64,000 nucleotides of DNA from Desulfobacterales bacterium (lineage in GTDB: Bacteria; Desulfobacterota; Desulfobacteria; Desulfobacterales; UBA5852): positions 1,952,001-2,016,000 of the forward strand of contig CAXXVS010000003.1 of NCBI GenBank assembly GCA_963674755.2, given 5' to 3'. This document shows, one piece after another, positions 40,123-51,396 of the stretch. A program made the position numbers and the translations under genes. A model generated the notes under the pieces. It was not told the DNA's origin and did no database searches. It saw only the letters and a program-made list of their open reading frames with translations. Numbering within the stretch: position 1 is the stretch's first letter; every line of letters begins with the position of its first letter.

Positions 40123-41673
40123 ATGGAACCCTCGATATTCGAACTGGAGTTAAACGTCTTATATGCCATCAGCCGAAAGATCGGGCGGGTTCTCGAACTG
40201 GATCAGACCTTGTCCGCCATTCTTGAAATTCTTTCCACCAACCTGTCCATGGAACGGGCCACCGTCACCCTCAAGGACGGCAAGACGGGCCTGTTGAGAA
40301 TCATTGCCTCCCACGGGCTGGATCCTACGGAACAAAAGCGTGGGATCTACGCTCCCGGAGAGGGGGTGACCGGCGCTATTTTCAAGACGGCCCAACCGTT
40401 CGCCGTACCGGACATCGGTCGCGAACCGTTGTTTCTGAACCGCACCCAGGCGCGCAATCTCAGCAAGAGTCACCTGGCGTTCATCGGCGTCCCCATCGTG
40501 CTGAACAACGACCCCATCGGGGTGCTGAGCGTGGATCGCCTCTTCGGGCCCGAAGTGGACTTCAAGGAGGATATCCGCTTCCTGACCATTGTCGCGACCT
40601 TGATGGCGCAATTCGTGGATCTCAATCGCGAAGTGGAGCGGCGGGAGGAGACCCTGATTACGGAGAATCGAAGCCTGCGGGCGGAGGTGTCTGCCAAGTA
40701 CAACCACTTTTTCGCCGTCGGTGTGAGCCCGGCCATGCAGCATCTGAACAAGATGATCCGCAAAGTGGCGCCCAGCCGCGCTTCGGTCCTCCTGTTGGGA
40801 GAGTCCGGCACCGGCAAAACCCTGACAGCGCGAATCATCCACGAACTGAGTCAGCGCCGTCGGAATCCCTTCACCAAGGTCAATTGCGCCTCCCTCCCGG
40901 ACAATCTGATCGAATCGGAATTGTTCGGCCATGAAAAGGGGGCTTTTACGGGAGCCACCAGCCAAAAAAAAGGACGGCTGGAAGAAGCCGACAGCGGCAC
41001 GGTCTTCCTGGATGAAATCGGGGAATTGCCCATGGCGGTGCAGGCCAAGTTGTTGCGTTTTCTTCAGGAACGTGAGTTCGAGCGCCTGGGGAGCACGCAA
41101 ACACAAAAGGTGGATGTTCGCATCATCGCCGCCACCAATGTGGATTTGAACGAGGCTGTAGCCAACGGACGATTTCGCGCCGATCTTTTCTACCGTTTGA
41201 ATGTATTCCCAATCGCCATACCGCCTTTGCGCAAGCGCAAAGCCGATTTGCCGCTGTTGATCGATTACTTCATCACGAAGACGTCACGGGAGTATGGCGA
41301 ACAGTTCACCTTTTCGGAAGAGTGCATGGAAATTCTCTCCGGTTACGACTGGCCGGGAAATGTGCGGGAACTCGAGAATCTGATCGAACGCATGGCGATT
41401 ATGGCGGAGACGCCCAGGATCGACACCAAGATGCTGCCCAGCTATCTGTTTCGGGGAAGCGAAAGCTGTGCGTTTGCCGTCTCGGAGAGTAAAGGACAGT
41501 CCCAGCTGGAGATCATGGAAAAAGAAACCCTCCTGTCTTCTCTGGCCCGCAATGATTGGATTCAACAGAAAGCCGCCCGCGAGATCGGCCTGACGCTTCG
41601 CCAGATGGGGTACCGTGTGAAGAAATACAATCTCGGGCAAATTATTCGTGAAAATAAACGTCTGCGCGCTTAG
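40123..41673 (+). CDS. nifA: NifA-like GAF-domain sigma54 activator
   Basis: GAF domain (Y..GEGVTG), GESGTGKT, GAFTGA, C-terminal WIQ.KAAR.IGLT.RQMGY HTH; directly upstream of nifH. Confidence 0.85.
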   Translation: MEPSIFELELNVLYAISRKIGRVLELDQTLSAILEILSTNLSMERATVTLKDGKTGLLRIIASHGLDPTEQKRGIYAPGEGVTGAIFKTAQPFAVPDIGREPLFLNRTQARNLSKSHLAFIGVPIVLNNDPIGVLSVDRLFGPEVDFKEDIRFLTIVATLMAQFVDLNREVERREETLITENRSLRAEVSAKYNHFFAVGVSPAMQHLNKMIRKVAPSRASVLLLGESGTGKTLTARIIHELSQRRRNPFTKVNCASLPDNLIESELFGHEKGAFTGATSQKKGRLEEADSGTVFLDEIGELPMAVQAKLLRFLQEREFERLGSTQTQKVDVRIIAATNVDLNEAVANGRFRADLFYRLNVFPIAIPPLRKRKADLPLLIDYFITKTSREYGEQFTFSEECMEILSGYDWPGNVRELENLIERMAIMAETPRIDTKMLPSYLFRGSESCAFAVSESKGQSQLEIMEKETLLSSLARNDWIQQKAAREIGLTLRQMGYRVKKYNLGQIIRENKRLRA

Positions 41674-42030
41674 CAACATAAGATTTGTTAAAATGATTTA
41701 AGCCTCGTATGCCGTGGCGTTCATGAGGGCATTTGGTCGAATCGCAAAAATTGCCGGTTCCCAGCAGCCCTTGGAATAGGGGGAAAGCACGGATTGGAAC
41801 GGGATCCCCCCTATCCCTCTTGCCTGAATAGCGTCACCCTAAGTTCTCTTCTCCTCCAAAACACCTTTCAGTTTACTCCCCTCAAACGAAAACCAATCCA
41901 AAGCCGCTTACGTGCACGGACAGCCTGTGTGGGGTACCCAGGAATTGCAGATCAAAACGGTTTTCCTTTTTTGATGGTATTCAACCGCTCCGGGGGTGAG
42001 AAAAAAAGACAGACAAGCGCTTTCCAATCG

Positions 42031-42066
42031 ACACTATTGTGGGTTGATATCTACAGGATTGTAGAT
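42031..42066. promoter_or_regulatory. Candidate NifA-like binding boxes ACA-N4-TGT
   Basis: ACACTATTGT (42031) and ACAGGATTGT (42053, inside palindrome ATCTACA-ggat-TGTAGAT), 22 bp apart. Confidence 0.6.
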
Positions 42067-42175
42067 GGAGGGCAGGCCTTTAGCGAGCACCCGAAGAAGG
42101 GCACAATGTCGATGGAGAAATTTTCGGGAAGAAATTAAAGATGTTACTCGAATTTCGCAACGCCATAATCGTGGT

Positions 42176-42191
42176 TGGCACATCAGTTGCT
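42176..42191 (+). promoter_or_regulatory. sigma54 promoter of the nifH operon
   Basis: Consensus TGGCAC-ATCAG-TTGCT, 67 bp before nifH. Confidence 0.9.
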
Positions 42192-42231
42192 CTACAGGAA
42201 GAACACAGGCTGTTGGAAGCCTGCACTATAA

Positions 42232-43083
<852 letters not shown>

Positions 43084-43151
43084 GACGATCGGTGCCGGCG
43101 CGATGCAAAGGTCCTGGTAAGGAAAGCTATTTCAGCAAGGAGAAATTAAAA

Positions 43152-43508
43152 ATGATTATGATTCGATCCATCGTTCGTCCCGAAAAGGTCGACAATGTCC
43201 TGGCCGCTTTGATGGAGGCCGGTTTTCCCGGCGTTACCAAAATGTCGGTGGTTGGCCGCGGTAAGCAGCGCGGCATCAAAATCGGGGAAATCACCTATGA
43301 TGAAATTCCCAAGGAAATGCTGCTGACCGTCGTCAAAGACAACGACAAGGAGTTTGCCATCCGCACGATCATCAAGGCCGCCCGCACCGGGGACAAAGGC
43401 GCCTTCGGCGACGGTCGCATCTTTATCGTGCCGGTGATGGAAGCCTACACCATCAGTTCGGGCATGAAGGAAACCACGGACGGCGTTACGGAAGAGGTGG
43501 CGATATGA
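43152..43508 (+). CDS. nifI1: PII-family nitrogenase regulator NifI1
   Basis: MIRSIVRPEK, GRGKQRG, YDEIPK, GAFGDG.IF; lies between nifH and nifD. Confidence 0.92.
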   Translation: MIMIRSIVRPEKVDNVLAALMEAGFPGVTKMSVVGRGKQRGIKIGEITYDEIPKEMLLTVVKDNDKEFAIRTIIKAARTGDKGAFGDGRIFIVPVMEAYTISSGMKETTDGVTEEVAI

Positions 43509-43885
43509 AAGAGCTGGTGGCCATCGTACGCATGAACATGATGAACAAGACCAAACGCGCGTTGGCCGAGGCCGGTTTGGGCTCGATTACGGCCCGCGAT
43601 GCGCTTGGCCGGGGGAAAGGGATTGTCGATCTGCAACTGCTCCAAGGGGCCGAGCATGGCTACGAGGAAGCGATCGCTCAACTCGGGCAGAGCCAGCGGC
43701 TGATACCGAAACGGGCGCTTTTGATGGTGGTGAACGACGACCTGGTGGAGAAGGCGGTCAAGACCATTATCAAGACCAACCGCACCGGCAAGTCCGGGGA
43801 CGGTATGATCTTTGTGTTGCCTTGTACGGAAGCTATTCGCGTGCGAACCGGCGAGCGGGGTGAGGACACGCTTGATGAAGGTTGA
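43505..43885 (+). CDS. nifI2: PII-family nitrogenase regulator NifI2
   Basis: MKEL.AIVRMN, GRGKG, RLIPKR, TG..GDG.IFV, RVRTGE. Confidence 0.92.
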   Translation: MKELVAIVRMNMMNKTKRALAEAGLGSITARDALGRGKGIVDLQLLQGAEHGYEEAIAQLGQSQRLIPKRALLMVVNDDLVEKAVKTIIKTNRTGKSGDGMIFVLPCTEAIRVRTGERGEDTLDEG

Positions 43886-43944
43886 CGCATATTCGGCAAA
43901 ATCCCTCATCAATCATTTTTTGTTTTAAGACAGGAGATTTTCCC

Positions 43945-45609
43945 ATGGCTATGGGTGCTGATAAAAAAGAAAATGGAAGCCCTAAACTGGACAACCACGA
44001 TCCGGAAAAGGTGAAAGCCAGACTGCTGGCCAAATATCCTCCCAAAGTGGCCCGCAAGCGCGCCAAACAGATCGTCGTCAACAAGATCGATCCGGACGGC
44101 AAGGCGCCGGTCATCAGTTCCAATGTCCGCACCGTACCGGGACTCATGGGGCAGCGTGGGTGCTGCTATGCCGGCTGCAAGGGCGTGGTCCTGGGGCCGA
44201 CCCGGGACATCATCAACATCACCCACGGTCCCATCGGATGCGGTTTCTATAGCTGGCTGACCCGCCGCAACCAGACCGATCCGGAGAGCACCCCCGACGG
44301 CCACAACTTCATGACCTATTGCTTTTCAACGGACATGCAGGATGAAGAGATCATTTTCGGCGGGGAGAAAAAGCTCAAACAGGCCATCCAGGAAGCCTAC
44401 GACAATTTCAAGCCCAAGGCCATTGCGGTTTTCTCGACCTGCCCGGTGGGGCTGATCGGCGACGATGTGCATTCCGTCTGTCGCGAAATGAAGGCAAAAT
44501 TAGGCATCAATGTTTTCGGATTTTCGTGTGAGGGCTACAAAGGGGTCAGCCAGAGCGCCGGGCACCACATTGCCAACAACGGCATCTTCAAGCACGTGGT
44601 GGGCCTGGACGACACCATCGGCGACGGCCAATACCGCATCAACCTCCTCGGGGAGTACAACATCGGCGGCGACGCCTTCGAGATCGAGCGCCTGTTCGAG
44701 AAATGCGGCATCACCCTGGTGGCCTCCTACAGCGGCAATTCGAGTATCGACGCCTTCGCCAATTCCCATACGGCCGATCTCAACCTGATCATGTGCCACC
44801 GCTCCATCAATTATGTGGCGGAGATGATGGAAACCAAGTTCGGGGTGCCCTGGATCAAGGTCAATTTCATCGGGGCGGCGGCCACGGCCAAATCCCTGCG
44901 CAAGATCGCCCAGTATTTCGACGAACCGGAACTCACCGAAAAGGTGGAGCAGGTGATCGCCGCGGAGCTGCCGGCGGTGGAGAAGGCCTGCGCCGAAATA
45001 CGGCCGCGCACCGAAGGCAAGCGCGCCATGCTGTTCGTGGGCGGTTCGCGCGCCCACCACTACCAGGAATTGTTCAAAGAGATGGGGATGACGACGCTTT
45101 CCGCCGGCTACGAATTCGGACACCGGGACGACTACGAAGGTCGCAAGGTGCTCCCGGATATCAAGGTCGATGCCGACAGCCGCAACATCGAGGAATTGGA
45201 GATCACCCCCGATCCGGAGCGTTTCAATCCCCGCATCAGCGAGGACCGCAAAGCCGAATTGGAAGCCAAGGGCCTGCAGTTCGGCGAATACGACGGCATG
45301 ATGCCGGAAATGCCCGAGGGGTCCATGGTGATCGACGACCTCAGCCAGTACGAGACTGACGAGTTGATCAAGATCTTCAAGCCGGACCTCTTCTGCGCCG
45401 GCATCAAGGAAAAGTATGCGGTGCAAAAGCATGGCATTCCTTTGAAGCAGCTGCACAGCTACGACTACGGTGGGCCATACGCCGGTTTCAAGGGCGCCAT
45501 CAATTTCTACAAGGAAATCGACCGCATGGTGAACAGCAAGGTCTGGCAATACATGCGGGCGCCCTGGCAGGATCATCCGGAGTTGTCGGCGACCTATGCC
45601 TGGGAATAA
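43945..45609 (+). CDS. nifD: Nitrogenase MoFe protein alpha chain (group II-type insertion)
   Basis: RGCCYAGCKGVV, HGPIGC, TCPVGLIGDD, SQSAGHH, CHRS, KQLHSYDY; long insert after DDYEGR. Confidence 0.98.
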   Translation: MAMGADKKENGSPKLDNHDPEKVKARLLAKYPPKVARKRAKQIVVNKIDPDGKAPVISSNVRTVPGLMGQRGCCYAGCKGVVLGPTRDIINITHGPIGCGFYSWLTRRNQTDPESTPDGHNFMTYCFSTDMQDEEIIFGGEKKLKQAIQEAYDNFKPKAIAVFSTCPVGLIGDDVHSVCREMKAKLGINVFGFSCEGYKGVSQSAGHHIANNGIFKHVVGLDDTIGDGQYRINLLGEYNIGGDAFEIERLFEKCGITLVASYSGNSSIDAFANSHTADLNLIMCHRSINYVAEMMETKFGVPWIKVNFIGAAATAKSLRKIAQYFDEPELTEKVEQVIAAELPAVEKACAEIRPRTEGKRAMLFVGGSRAHHYQELFKEMGMTTLSAGYEFGHRDDYEGRKVLPDIKVDADSRNIEELEITPDPERFNPRISEDRKAELEAKGLQFGEYDGMMPEMPEGSMVIDDLSQYETDELIKIFKPDLFCAGIKEKYAVQKHGIPLKQLHSYDYGGPYAGFKGAINFYKEIDRMVNSKVWQYMRAPWQDHPELSATYAWE

Positions 45610-45748
45610 TTTCCATTCAGAAATGGTCTTTTTGCCCAATCTCTGCGTCAATCGGCAGCATTGCTTGTGCGGCGTAGCGGGTTACGCCTCCGCGCAATGC
45701 TTTGATTTCCTTGACCTTGAGCAAAAATCCTCATTTCTGAATTGGAAA
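45610..45748 (+). repeat. ERIC-like repeat, R1-related copy E, between nifD and nifK
   Basis: Arms TTTCCATTCAGAAATG / CATTTCTGAATTGGAAA; core CGGCGTAGC..TTACGCCTCCG. Confidence 0.8.
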
Positions 45749-45843
45749 TGAGATAACCACTTTAAAAGTTCTATCGAGTTATAGCTGACGCATAGATCGT
45801 CTCATCAGCCATGCAACAGCTCAAGAACAGGAGACAAATAGAT

Positions 45844-47223
45844 ATGCTACTGCGACATACCCCCACTGAAATCAAAGAACGCCGTGCCTTGACCGTCAAC
45901 CCGGCCAAGACCTGCCAGCCCATCGGCGCCATGTATGCCGCCCTGGGGGTCCACGGCTGCCTGCCCCACAGTCACGGCTCCCAGGGCTGTTACGCCTATC
46001 ATCGCAGCGCCCTGACCCGCCATTTCAAGGAGCCCGTGGTGGCCGCCACCAGCGCTTTCACGGAAGGGGCTTCGGTTTTCGGCGGCCAGGCGAACCTGGT
46101 GCAGGCCATCGACAACATTTTCGCGGTCTACAACCCGGAGGTCATCGCCGTGCATACCACCTGCCTGTCGGAGACCATCGGCGACGACGTGCCCCAGATC
46201 GTGGCCAAGGCCAAGGCGGACGGCAAGGTCCCCGAAGGTAAGTACGTCTTCCATGCCAACACCCCCAGCTATGTGGGATCGCATATCACCGGGTTTGCGA
46301 GTATGACCAAGGCCATGGTGGACTATTTTGCCGAAACCAACGGTCACAAGGCGAAGACCATCAATCTGATTCCCGGTTATGTGGAACCCTCGGACATGGC
46401 TGAAATCAGGCGCATCGCGCAGATGATGGGCATTGCCACCATCATGTTCCCGGACACCTCCAAAGTGCTCAACGGTCCCCTGACCGGCAAGTACAAGATG
46501 TTTCCCGAGGGGGGCGTCACCATCGATGATCTCAAAAAGAGCGGCAGCAGCAAAGGTACCATCGCGTTGGGCCGGACGGCCTCCCTGCCGGCCGCCCGGG
46601 CCCTGGACGCCAAGTGCAAGGTCCCCTGTGAAATCCTGGGGCTGCCGGTGGGACTGCACGGCACCGACGCCTATGTGGATACGCTGCGGCGCATGGCCGG
46701 GGTGAATGTTCCGGACAAGCTGAACCTGGAGCGCGGTCAGCTGGTGGACAGCATTTCCGACTGGCACCAATACCTCTACGGTAAACGGGTGGCGGTGGTG
46801 GGCGACCCGGATCAGGTGCTGGCCATGACGAAGTTTTTGGTTTCTCTCGACATGCAGCCCGTGCATATCGTTACGGGATCGCCGGCCGGCAAGAAATATG
46901 AAAAATCCTTACGGGAAGCGGTGGCGGAAGTTCCCGGCGAGGTGAATATCAAGGTGCCCGGCGACATGCTGCTCTTCCACCAATGGATCAAAAACGATCC
47001 GGTGGACCTCATCGTCGGCAACACCTACGCCAAATACATCGCCAAGGACGAGGACATCCCCCTTGTGCGTTACGGGTTCCCGATCTACGACCGGCTGGGC
47101 CACAGCTACTTTTCCACCATGGGCTACCGCGGCGGCCTGCGGCTGCTGGAGAAATTGCTGGATGCCATCCTGGACCGCAAGGACCGCGATGCGGATGACA
47201 TTACCATGGAGCTGGTCATGTAA
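45844..47223 (+). CDS. nifK: Nitrogenase MoFe protein beta chain
   Basis: NPAKTCQPIGA, HGSQGC, TTCLSETIGDD, TPSY.GSH, GFPIYDR. Confidence 0.98.
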   Translation: MLLRHTPTEIKERRALTVNPAKTCQPIGAMYAALGVHGCLPHSHGSQGCYAYHRSALTRHFKEPVVAATSAFTEGASVFGGQANLVQAIDNIFAVYNPEVIAVHTTCLSETIGDDVPQIVAKAKADGKVPEGKYVFHANTPSYVGSHITGFASMTKAMVDYFAETNGHKAKTINLIPGYVEPSDMAEIRRIAQMMGIATIMFPDTSKVLNGPLTGKYKMFPEGGVTIDDLKKSGSSKGTIALGRTASLPAARALDAKCKVPCEILGLPVGLHGTDAYVDTLRRMAGVNVPDKLNLERGQLVDSISDWHQYLYGKRVAVVGDPDQVLAMTKFLVSLDMQPVHIVTGSPAGKKYEKSLREAVAEVPGEVNIKVPGDMLLFHQWIKNDPVDLIVGNTYAKYIAKDEDIPLVRYGFPIYDRLGHSYFSTMGYRGGLRLLEKLLDAILDRKDRDADDITMELVM

Positions 47224-47257
47224 TGTTTTTCCGGAAACGTCGTTTCCGGAAAAACAT
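47223..47257. repeat. Perfect 17-bp inverted repeat at the nifK stop
   Basis: ATGTTTTTCCGGAAACG-t-CGTTTCCGGAAAAACAT. Confidence 0.85.
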
Positions 47258-47350
47258 CATAAAAACCATTTTGATCCGGCCCAGTCGTTTGGATTTATGC
47301 GTGCCATGTCCAAACGGGCGGTTCCAAGCATCCAATAAAAGGAAAAGGTC

Positions 47351-48700
47351 ATGTCTTCCATCCCTATTCTTGAAGAACGGCAGGGCCAGATTCACTGCAA
47401 GGGCGAGGCCCCCTTTGCGATGACTTGCGGCCAACACAGTCTGGCCGGATCGGTCAGCCAGCGGGCCTGCGTGTTCTGCGGCTCCCGTGTGGTGCTCTAT
47501 CCCATCGCCGATGCCTTGCATCTGATCCACGGCCCCATCGGCTGTGCCGCCTATACCTGGGATATCCGCGGCGCCCTTTCTTCGGGGCCGGAGCTGCACC
47601 GTATGAGCTTTTCCACCGACCTGCGGGAGAAGGATGTCATCTTCGGCGGCGAGAAGAAGTTGGCCGCAGCCCTGGACGAGTTGATCGATACGTATAAACC
47701 CGAGGCCGCCTTCGTCTATTCCACCTGTATCGTCGGCATCATCGGCGACGATGTGGCCGCGGTGTGCCGCAAGATGGAAAAAGAAAAGGGCATTCCGGTG
47801 CTGCCGGTCCATTCGGAAGGCTTCAAGGGGACCAAGAAGGACGGCTACAAGGCGGCCTGCGATGCGCTTTTCGAATTGGTGGGCACCGGCGCCACCGACG
47901 CCATCCCGCCGGTCAGCATCAATATCCTGGGGGAGTTCAATATCGGCGGCGAAGCCTGGCTGATCAAGCGATACTACGAACAGATGGGGGTCAAGGTGGT
48001 GTCCATTATGACCGGCGACGGCCGGGTGGACCAGATCCGGCGCAGCCACGGGGCGGCCCTCAACGTGGTGCAGTGCTCGGGCGCGCTGACCTTTCTGGCC
48101 GATATGATGAAGGCGGAATACGGCATTCCCTACATCCGGGCCTCCTATTTCGGGATCGACGACATGGCCAAGGCGCTCTACGACGTGGCCGCGCATTTCG
48201 GCGAGCAACCCGAAGTCCTGGCCCGCACCCGGGAGATCGTGCGGCGGGAGATCGAAGCCATCATGCCCGAGATCAACCGCCTGCGGCGCGACCTGACCGG
48301 CAAGCGCGCGGCCATCTATGTGGGGGGCGCCTTCAAGGCCTTCTCCCTGATCAAGGCCCTGCGCTACCTCGGCATGGCGGTGGTGCTGGTGGGCTCCCAG
48401 ACCGGCAACGAAAGCGACTACGCCACCCTGCGGGAGATGTGTGCCGACGGGACCATCATCCTGGACGATGCCAATCCCCTGGAACTCTCCAAGTACATCA
48501 TCGAAAAGAAGGCCGATCTCTTTATCGGCGGTGTCAAGGAGCGCCCCATCGCGTTCAAGATGGGGATCGGGTTCTGCGACCACAACCACGAGCGCAAGAT
48601 GCCCCTGGCGGGATTTGCCGGCATGCTGCAGTTCGCCCGCGAGGTGCACACCTCGGTGACCAGCCCGGTGTGGCAGTTCGTCCCGGCCCGGGCGTCCTGA
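47351..48700 (+). CDS. nifE: FeMo-cofactor scaffold NifE
   Basis: SQRACVFCG, HGPIGCAAY, STCIVGIIGDD, VQCS; follows nifK. Confidence 0.96.
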   Translation: MSSIPILEERQGQIHCKGEAPFAMTCGQHSLAGSVSQRACVFCGSRVVLYPIADALHLIHGPIGCAAYTWDIRGALSSGPELHRMSFSTDLREKDVIFGGEKKLAAALDELIDTYKPEAAFVYSTCIVGIIGDDVAAVCRKMEKEKGIPVLPVHSEGFKGTKKDGYKAACDALFELVGTGATDAIPPVSINILGEFNIGGEAWLIKRYYEQMGVKVVSIMTGDGRVDQIRRSHGAALNVVQCSGALTFLADMMKAEYGIPYIRASYFGIDDMAKALYDVAAHFGEQPEVLARTREIVRREIEAIMPEINRLRRDLTGKRAAIYVGGAFKAFSLIKALRYLGMAVVLVGSQTGNESDYATLREMCADGTIILDDANPLELSKYIIEKKADLFIGGVKERPIAFKMGIGFCDHNHERKMPLAGFAGMLQFAREVHTSVTSPVWQFVPARAS

Positions 48701-48713
48701 AGAGGAGAGAAAG

Positions 48714-50093
48714 ATGAGTACAACGACCGATCTGCGACCCGAACATGCCACCGCCACCCAGAATGCCTGCAACCTGTGCGCCCCTCTCGGGGCGGCCCTG
48801 GCCTTCAAGGGCGTCGCCAACTGCGTGCCGCTGCTGCACGGCTCCCAGGGGTGCTCCACCTATATCCGCCGCTACATGATCAGCCACTTCAAAGAACCCC
48901 TGGACATTGCCTGCTCCAATTTCGGCGAGCAGACGGCGATCTTCGGCGGCGGGGCCAACCTGAAGCTGGCCCTGGACAACATCCGCAAGCAGTACAGCCC
49001 CGATCTGATCGGCATCGCCACCACCTGCCTGTCCGAGACCATCGGCGACGACGTGCCCATGTTCATCAAGTCCTATCAGGCGGACAATCGAGACGAGGCG
49101 TTGCCGGCTCTGGTGCATGTGGCCACCCCCAGCTACCAGGGCACCCACATGCAGGGCTTCCACGGAGCGGTGCGCGCCCTGGTGGCGGCACTAGCCGAAT
49201 CCGGCGCTACCGAAGGGGCTGCGGTCAATCTCTTTCCCGGCATGGTATCGCCGTCCGATCTGCGCCACCTGAAAGATATTCTGGCGGCCTTCGGCTTGGA
49301 AGGCATTCTGGTGCCTGACTACAGCGATACCTTAAACGGCCCTTTATGGAGCGAATATCAGCGCATCCCCGAAGGGGGCACACCCGTCACGGCCCTGCGC
49401 CGTACCGGCCGGGCCGCCGCCAGTATCGAATGCGGTCTTGTCCTGGCCGGCGGTAAGGACACCGCCGGCACCTGGCTGGAGACCCATCGGGATATCCCTC
49501 TGCACCGGCTGGGGCTGCCCATCGGAATCCGCCAGACGGATCGATTTTTGGAAATCCTGTCCACCATCAGCGGCCGTCCGATTCCCGGGAAATACACAGG
49601 CCAGCGGGGGCGTCTGCTGGATGCCATGGTGGATGGCCATAAGCACCTGAACGGTGTGCGGGCCGCCATCTTTGGCGAGGAAGACCTGGTGGCCGGTTTG
49701 GCCGGTTTCTGCAGCGAAATCGGCATCGTTCCGGCGCTCTGCGCCACCGGCGGCGGCAAGGGATGCTTTGCGACGGCGGTGAAGGGCGTAGTGCCCGAGC
49801 GCTACCACGCTGAGATGCAGATCCTGGAAGACGTGGATTTCGTGACGATCGAAAAGACCCTGGAAGCCGCCGGCAACGTAGATCTGCTCATCGGCCACAG
49901 CAAGGGCTACACCATGAGCCGTCGCTTGAAACGTCCCCTGGTGCGGGTGGGCTTCCCGGTGCATGACCGGGTGGACGGCAGCCGGCTGCTGCACCTGGGC
50001 TATCGCGGCGCCCAGCAGCTTTTCGATCGCATTGCTAATACCTTGATTGAAGAGAAGCAGAAGAACAATGCGGTCGGCTATACCTACTATTGA
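48714..50093 (+). CDS. nifN: FeMo-cofactor scaffold NifN
   Basis: NAC.LCAPLGA, HGSQGC, TTCLSETIGDD, GFPVHDR; between nifE and nifB. Confidence 0.94.
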   Translation: MSTTTDLRPEHATATQNACNLCAPLGAALAFKGVANCVPLLHGSQGCSTYIRRYMISHFKEPLDIACSNFGEQTAIFGGGANLKLALDNIRKQYSPDLIGIATTCLSETIGDDVPMFIKSYQADNRDEALPALVHVATPSYQGTHMQGFHGAVRALVAALAESGATEGAAVNLFPGMVSPSDLRHLKDILAAFGLEGILVPDYSDTLNGPLWSEYQRIPEGGTPVTALRRTGRAAASIECGLVLAGGKDTAGTWLETHRDIPLHRLGLPIGIRQTDRFLEILSTISGRPIPGKYTGQRGRLLDAMVDGHKHLNGVRAAIFGEEDLVAGLAGFCSEIGIVPALCATGGGKGCFATAVKGVVPERYHAEMQILEDVDFVTIEKTLEAAGNVDLLIGHSKGYTMSRRLKRPLVRVGFPVHDRVDGSRLLHLGYRGAQQLFDRIANTLIEEKQKNNAVGYTYY

Positions 50094-50121
50094 CGGTTTC
50101 GAAAATTGAGAGGGACGTACC

Positions 50122-51396
50122 ATGAATATCGACAACCATCCCTGCTTCAACCCCGGTGCCTGCAAATCCTTCGGGAGGGTTCACCTGCCGGTGGCGCCGC
50201 GCTGCAATATCCAGTGCAAGTTTTGCAACCGCCAATTCGACTGCGTGAACGAGACGCGGCCCGGTGTGACCAGCGCCGTGCTCTCCCCGGCCCAGGCCAT
50301 GGTCTACCTGGAGGAAGTCTTCGCCCGCAAGGGGAACATCTCCGTGGTGGGGATCGCCGGCCCCGGCGATCCTTTTGCCAATCCCCGCGAGACGCTGGAG
50401 ACCTTGTCCCGGGTGCGGGCCCGCTACCCCGAGGTGATGCTGTGCGTGGCCACCAACGGCCTCAATCTGAGTCCGTATATCGATGAGCTCGCGCGGCGCC
50501 AGGTGAGCCATGTCACCGTCACGGTCAACGCCGTGGATCCGGCCGTCGGCGCCCGGATCTATGCCTGGATGCGACCGGGCAAGCGGGTGGTCCGCGCCGA
50601 GGAGGGGGCCCGCCTCCTGCTCGAACGCCAGTTGGAGGCCATTCAGGGGCTCAAGGCGCATGGCATCATCGTCAAGGTCAACAGCATCATCCTGCCCGGC
50701 ATCAATGAGGACCATATCGAGACCGTGGCCCGGAAGATGGCCGGCCTGGGGGTGGATCTCTTCAATGCCATGCCCTACTACCCCAATGCCGGTTCCGACT
50801 TCGAGCATTTGGAGGAGCCCGGCAAGGATACGGTGGCGGCTATCCGTGAAAAAGCGGCCCGCCATGTCAAACAGATGCGCCATTGCACCCGCTGCCGGGC
50901 CGACGCGGTGGGACTGCTGGGGGAAGCGCCGGACAAGGAGCTCATGAACACCCTGACGGCCTGCCGCCGCTTGGAAGTGACCAAGCCCCGCGCCGGCCGG
51001 GTATCGCCGCGTCCCAACGTGGCCGTGGCCAGCATGGAAGGGGTCCTGGTGAACCAGCATCTGGGAGAGGCGGAAAAACTCATGGTTTACGGCGAGAAGG
51101 AGGGCCGGATCCAGTTGCTGGACGTACGGGCCGCCCCGGCCCGGGGCGGTGGCCAGCAGCGCTGGCAGGCCATGGCCGAAACCCTGGCGGACTGCAGCAC
51201 GCTGCTGGTCAGCGGGGTGGGGGCCAATCCCCGGAAAACCCTGACGGCTTCGGGCATGGAAGTGCTGGAGATCGAAGGACTCATCGAAGAAGCCCTGCGG
51301 GCGGTCTTCGCCGGCGAGAACCTGAACCACATGGCCAAGCGGTCGCTGACAGCCTGTGGTTCGGCTTGTGGCGGCAACGGTATGGGATGTGGTTAG
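50122..51396 (+). CDS. nifB: NifB radical SAM protein with C-terminal NifX-like domain
   Basis: HPC, HLPVAP.CNIQCKFC, AGPGDP, CTRCRADA, VNQHLG. Confidence 0.97.
   Translation: MNIDNHPCFNPGACKSFGRVHLPVAPRCNIQCKFCNRQFDCVNETRPGVTSAVLSPAQAMVYLEEVFARKGNISVVGIAGPGDPFANPRETLETLSRVRARYPEVMLCVATNGLNLSPYIDELARRQVSHVTVTVNAVDPAVGARIYAWMRPGKRVVRAEEGARLLLERQLEAIQGLKAHGIIVKVNSIILPGINEDHIETVARKMAGLGVDLFNAMPYYPNAGSDFEHLEEPGKDTVAAIREKAARHVKQMRHCTRCRADAVGLLGEAPDKELMNTLTACRRLEVTKPRAGRVSPRPNVAVASMEGVLVNQHLGEAEKLMVYGEKEGRIQLLDVRAAPARGGGQQRWQAMAETLADCSTLLVSGVGANPRKTLTASGMEVLEIEGLIEEALRAVFAGENLNHMAKRSLTACGSACGGNGMGCG

Noticed and set aside
45976..46005. NifK GSQGCYAYH variant as a loss-of-function change
   Set aside because: The ligand Cys of GSQGC is intact and the next position is variable among NifK proteins.
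50090..50125. Broken nifN-nifB fusion
   Set aside because: nifN ends cleanly and nifB has its own SD and ATG; separate genes are common.
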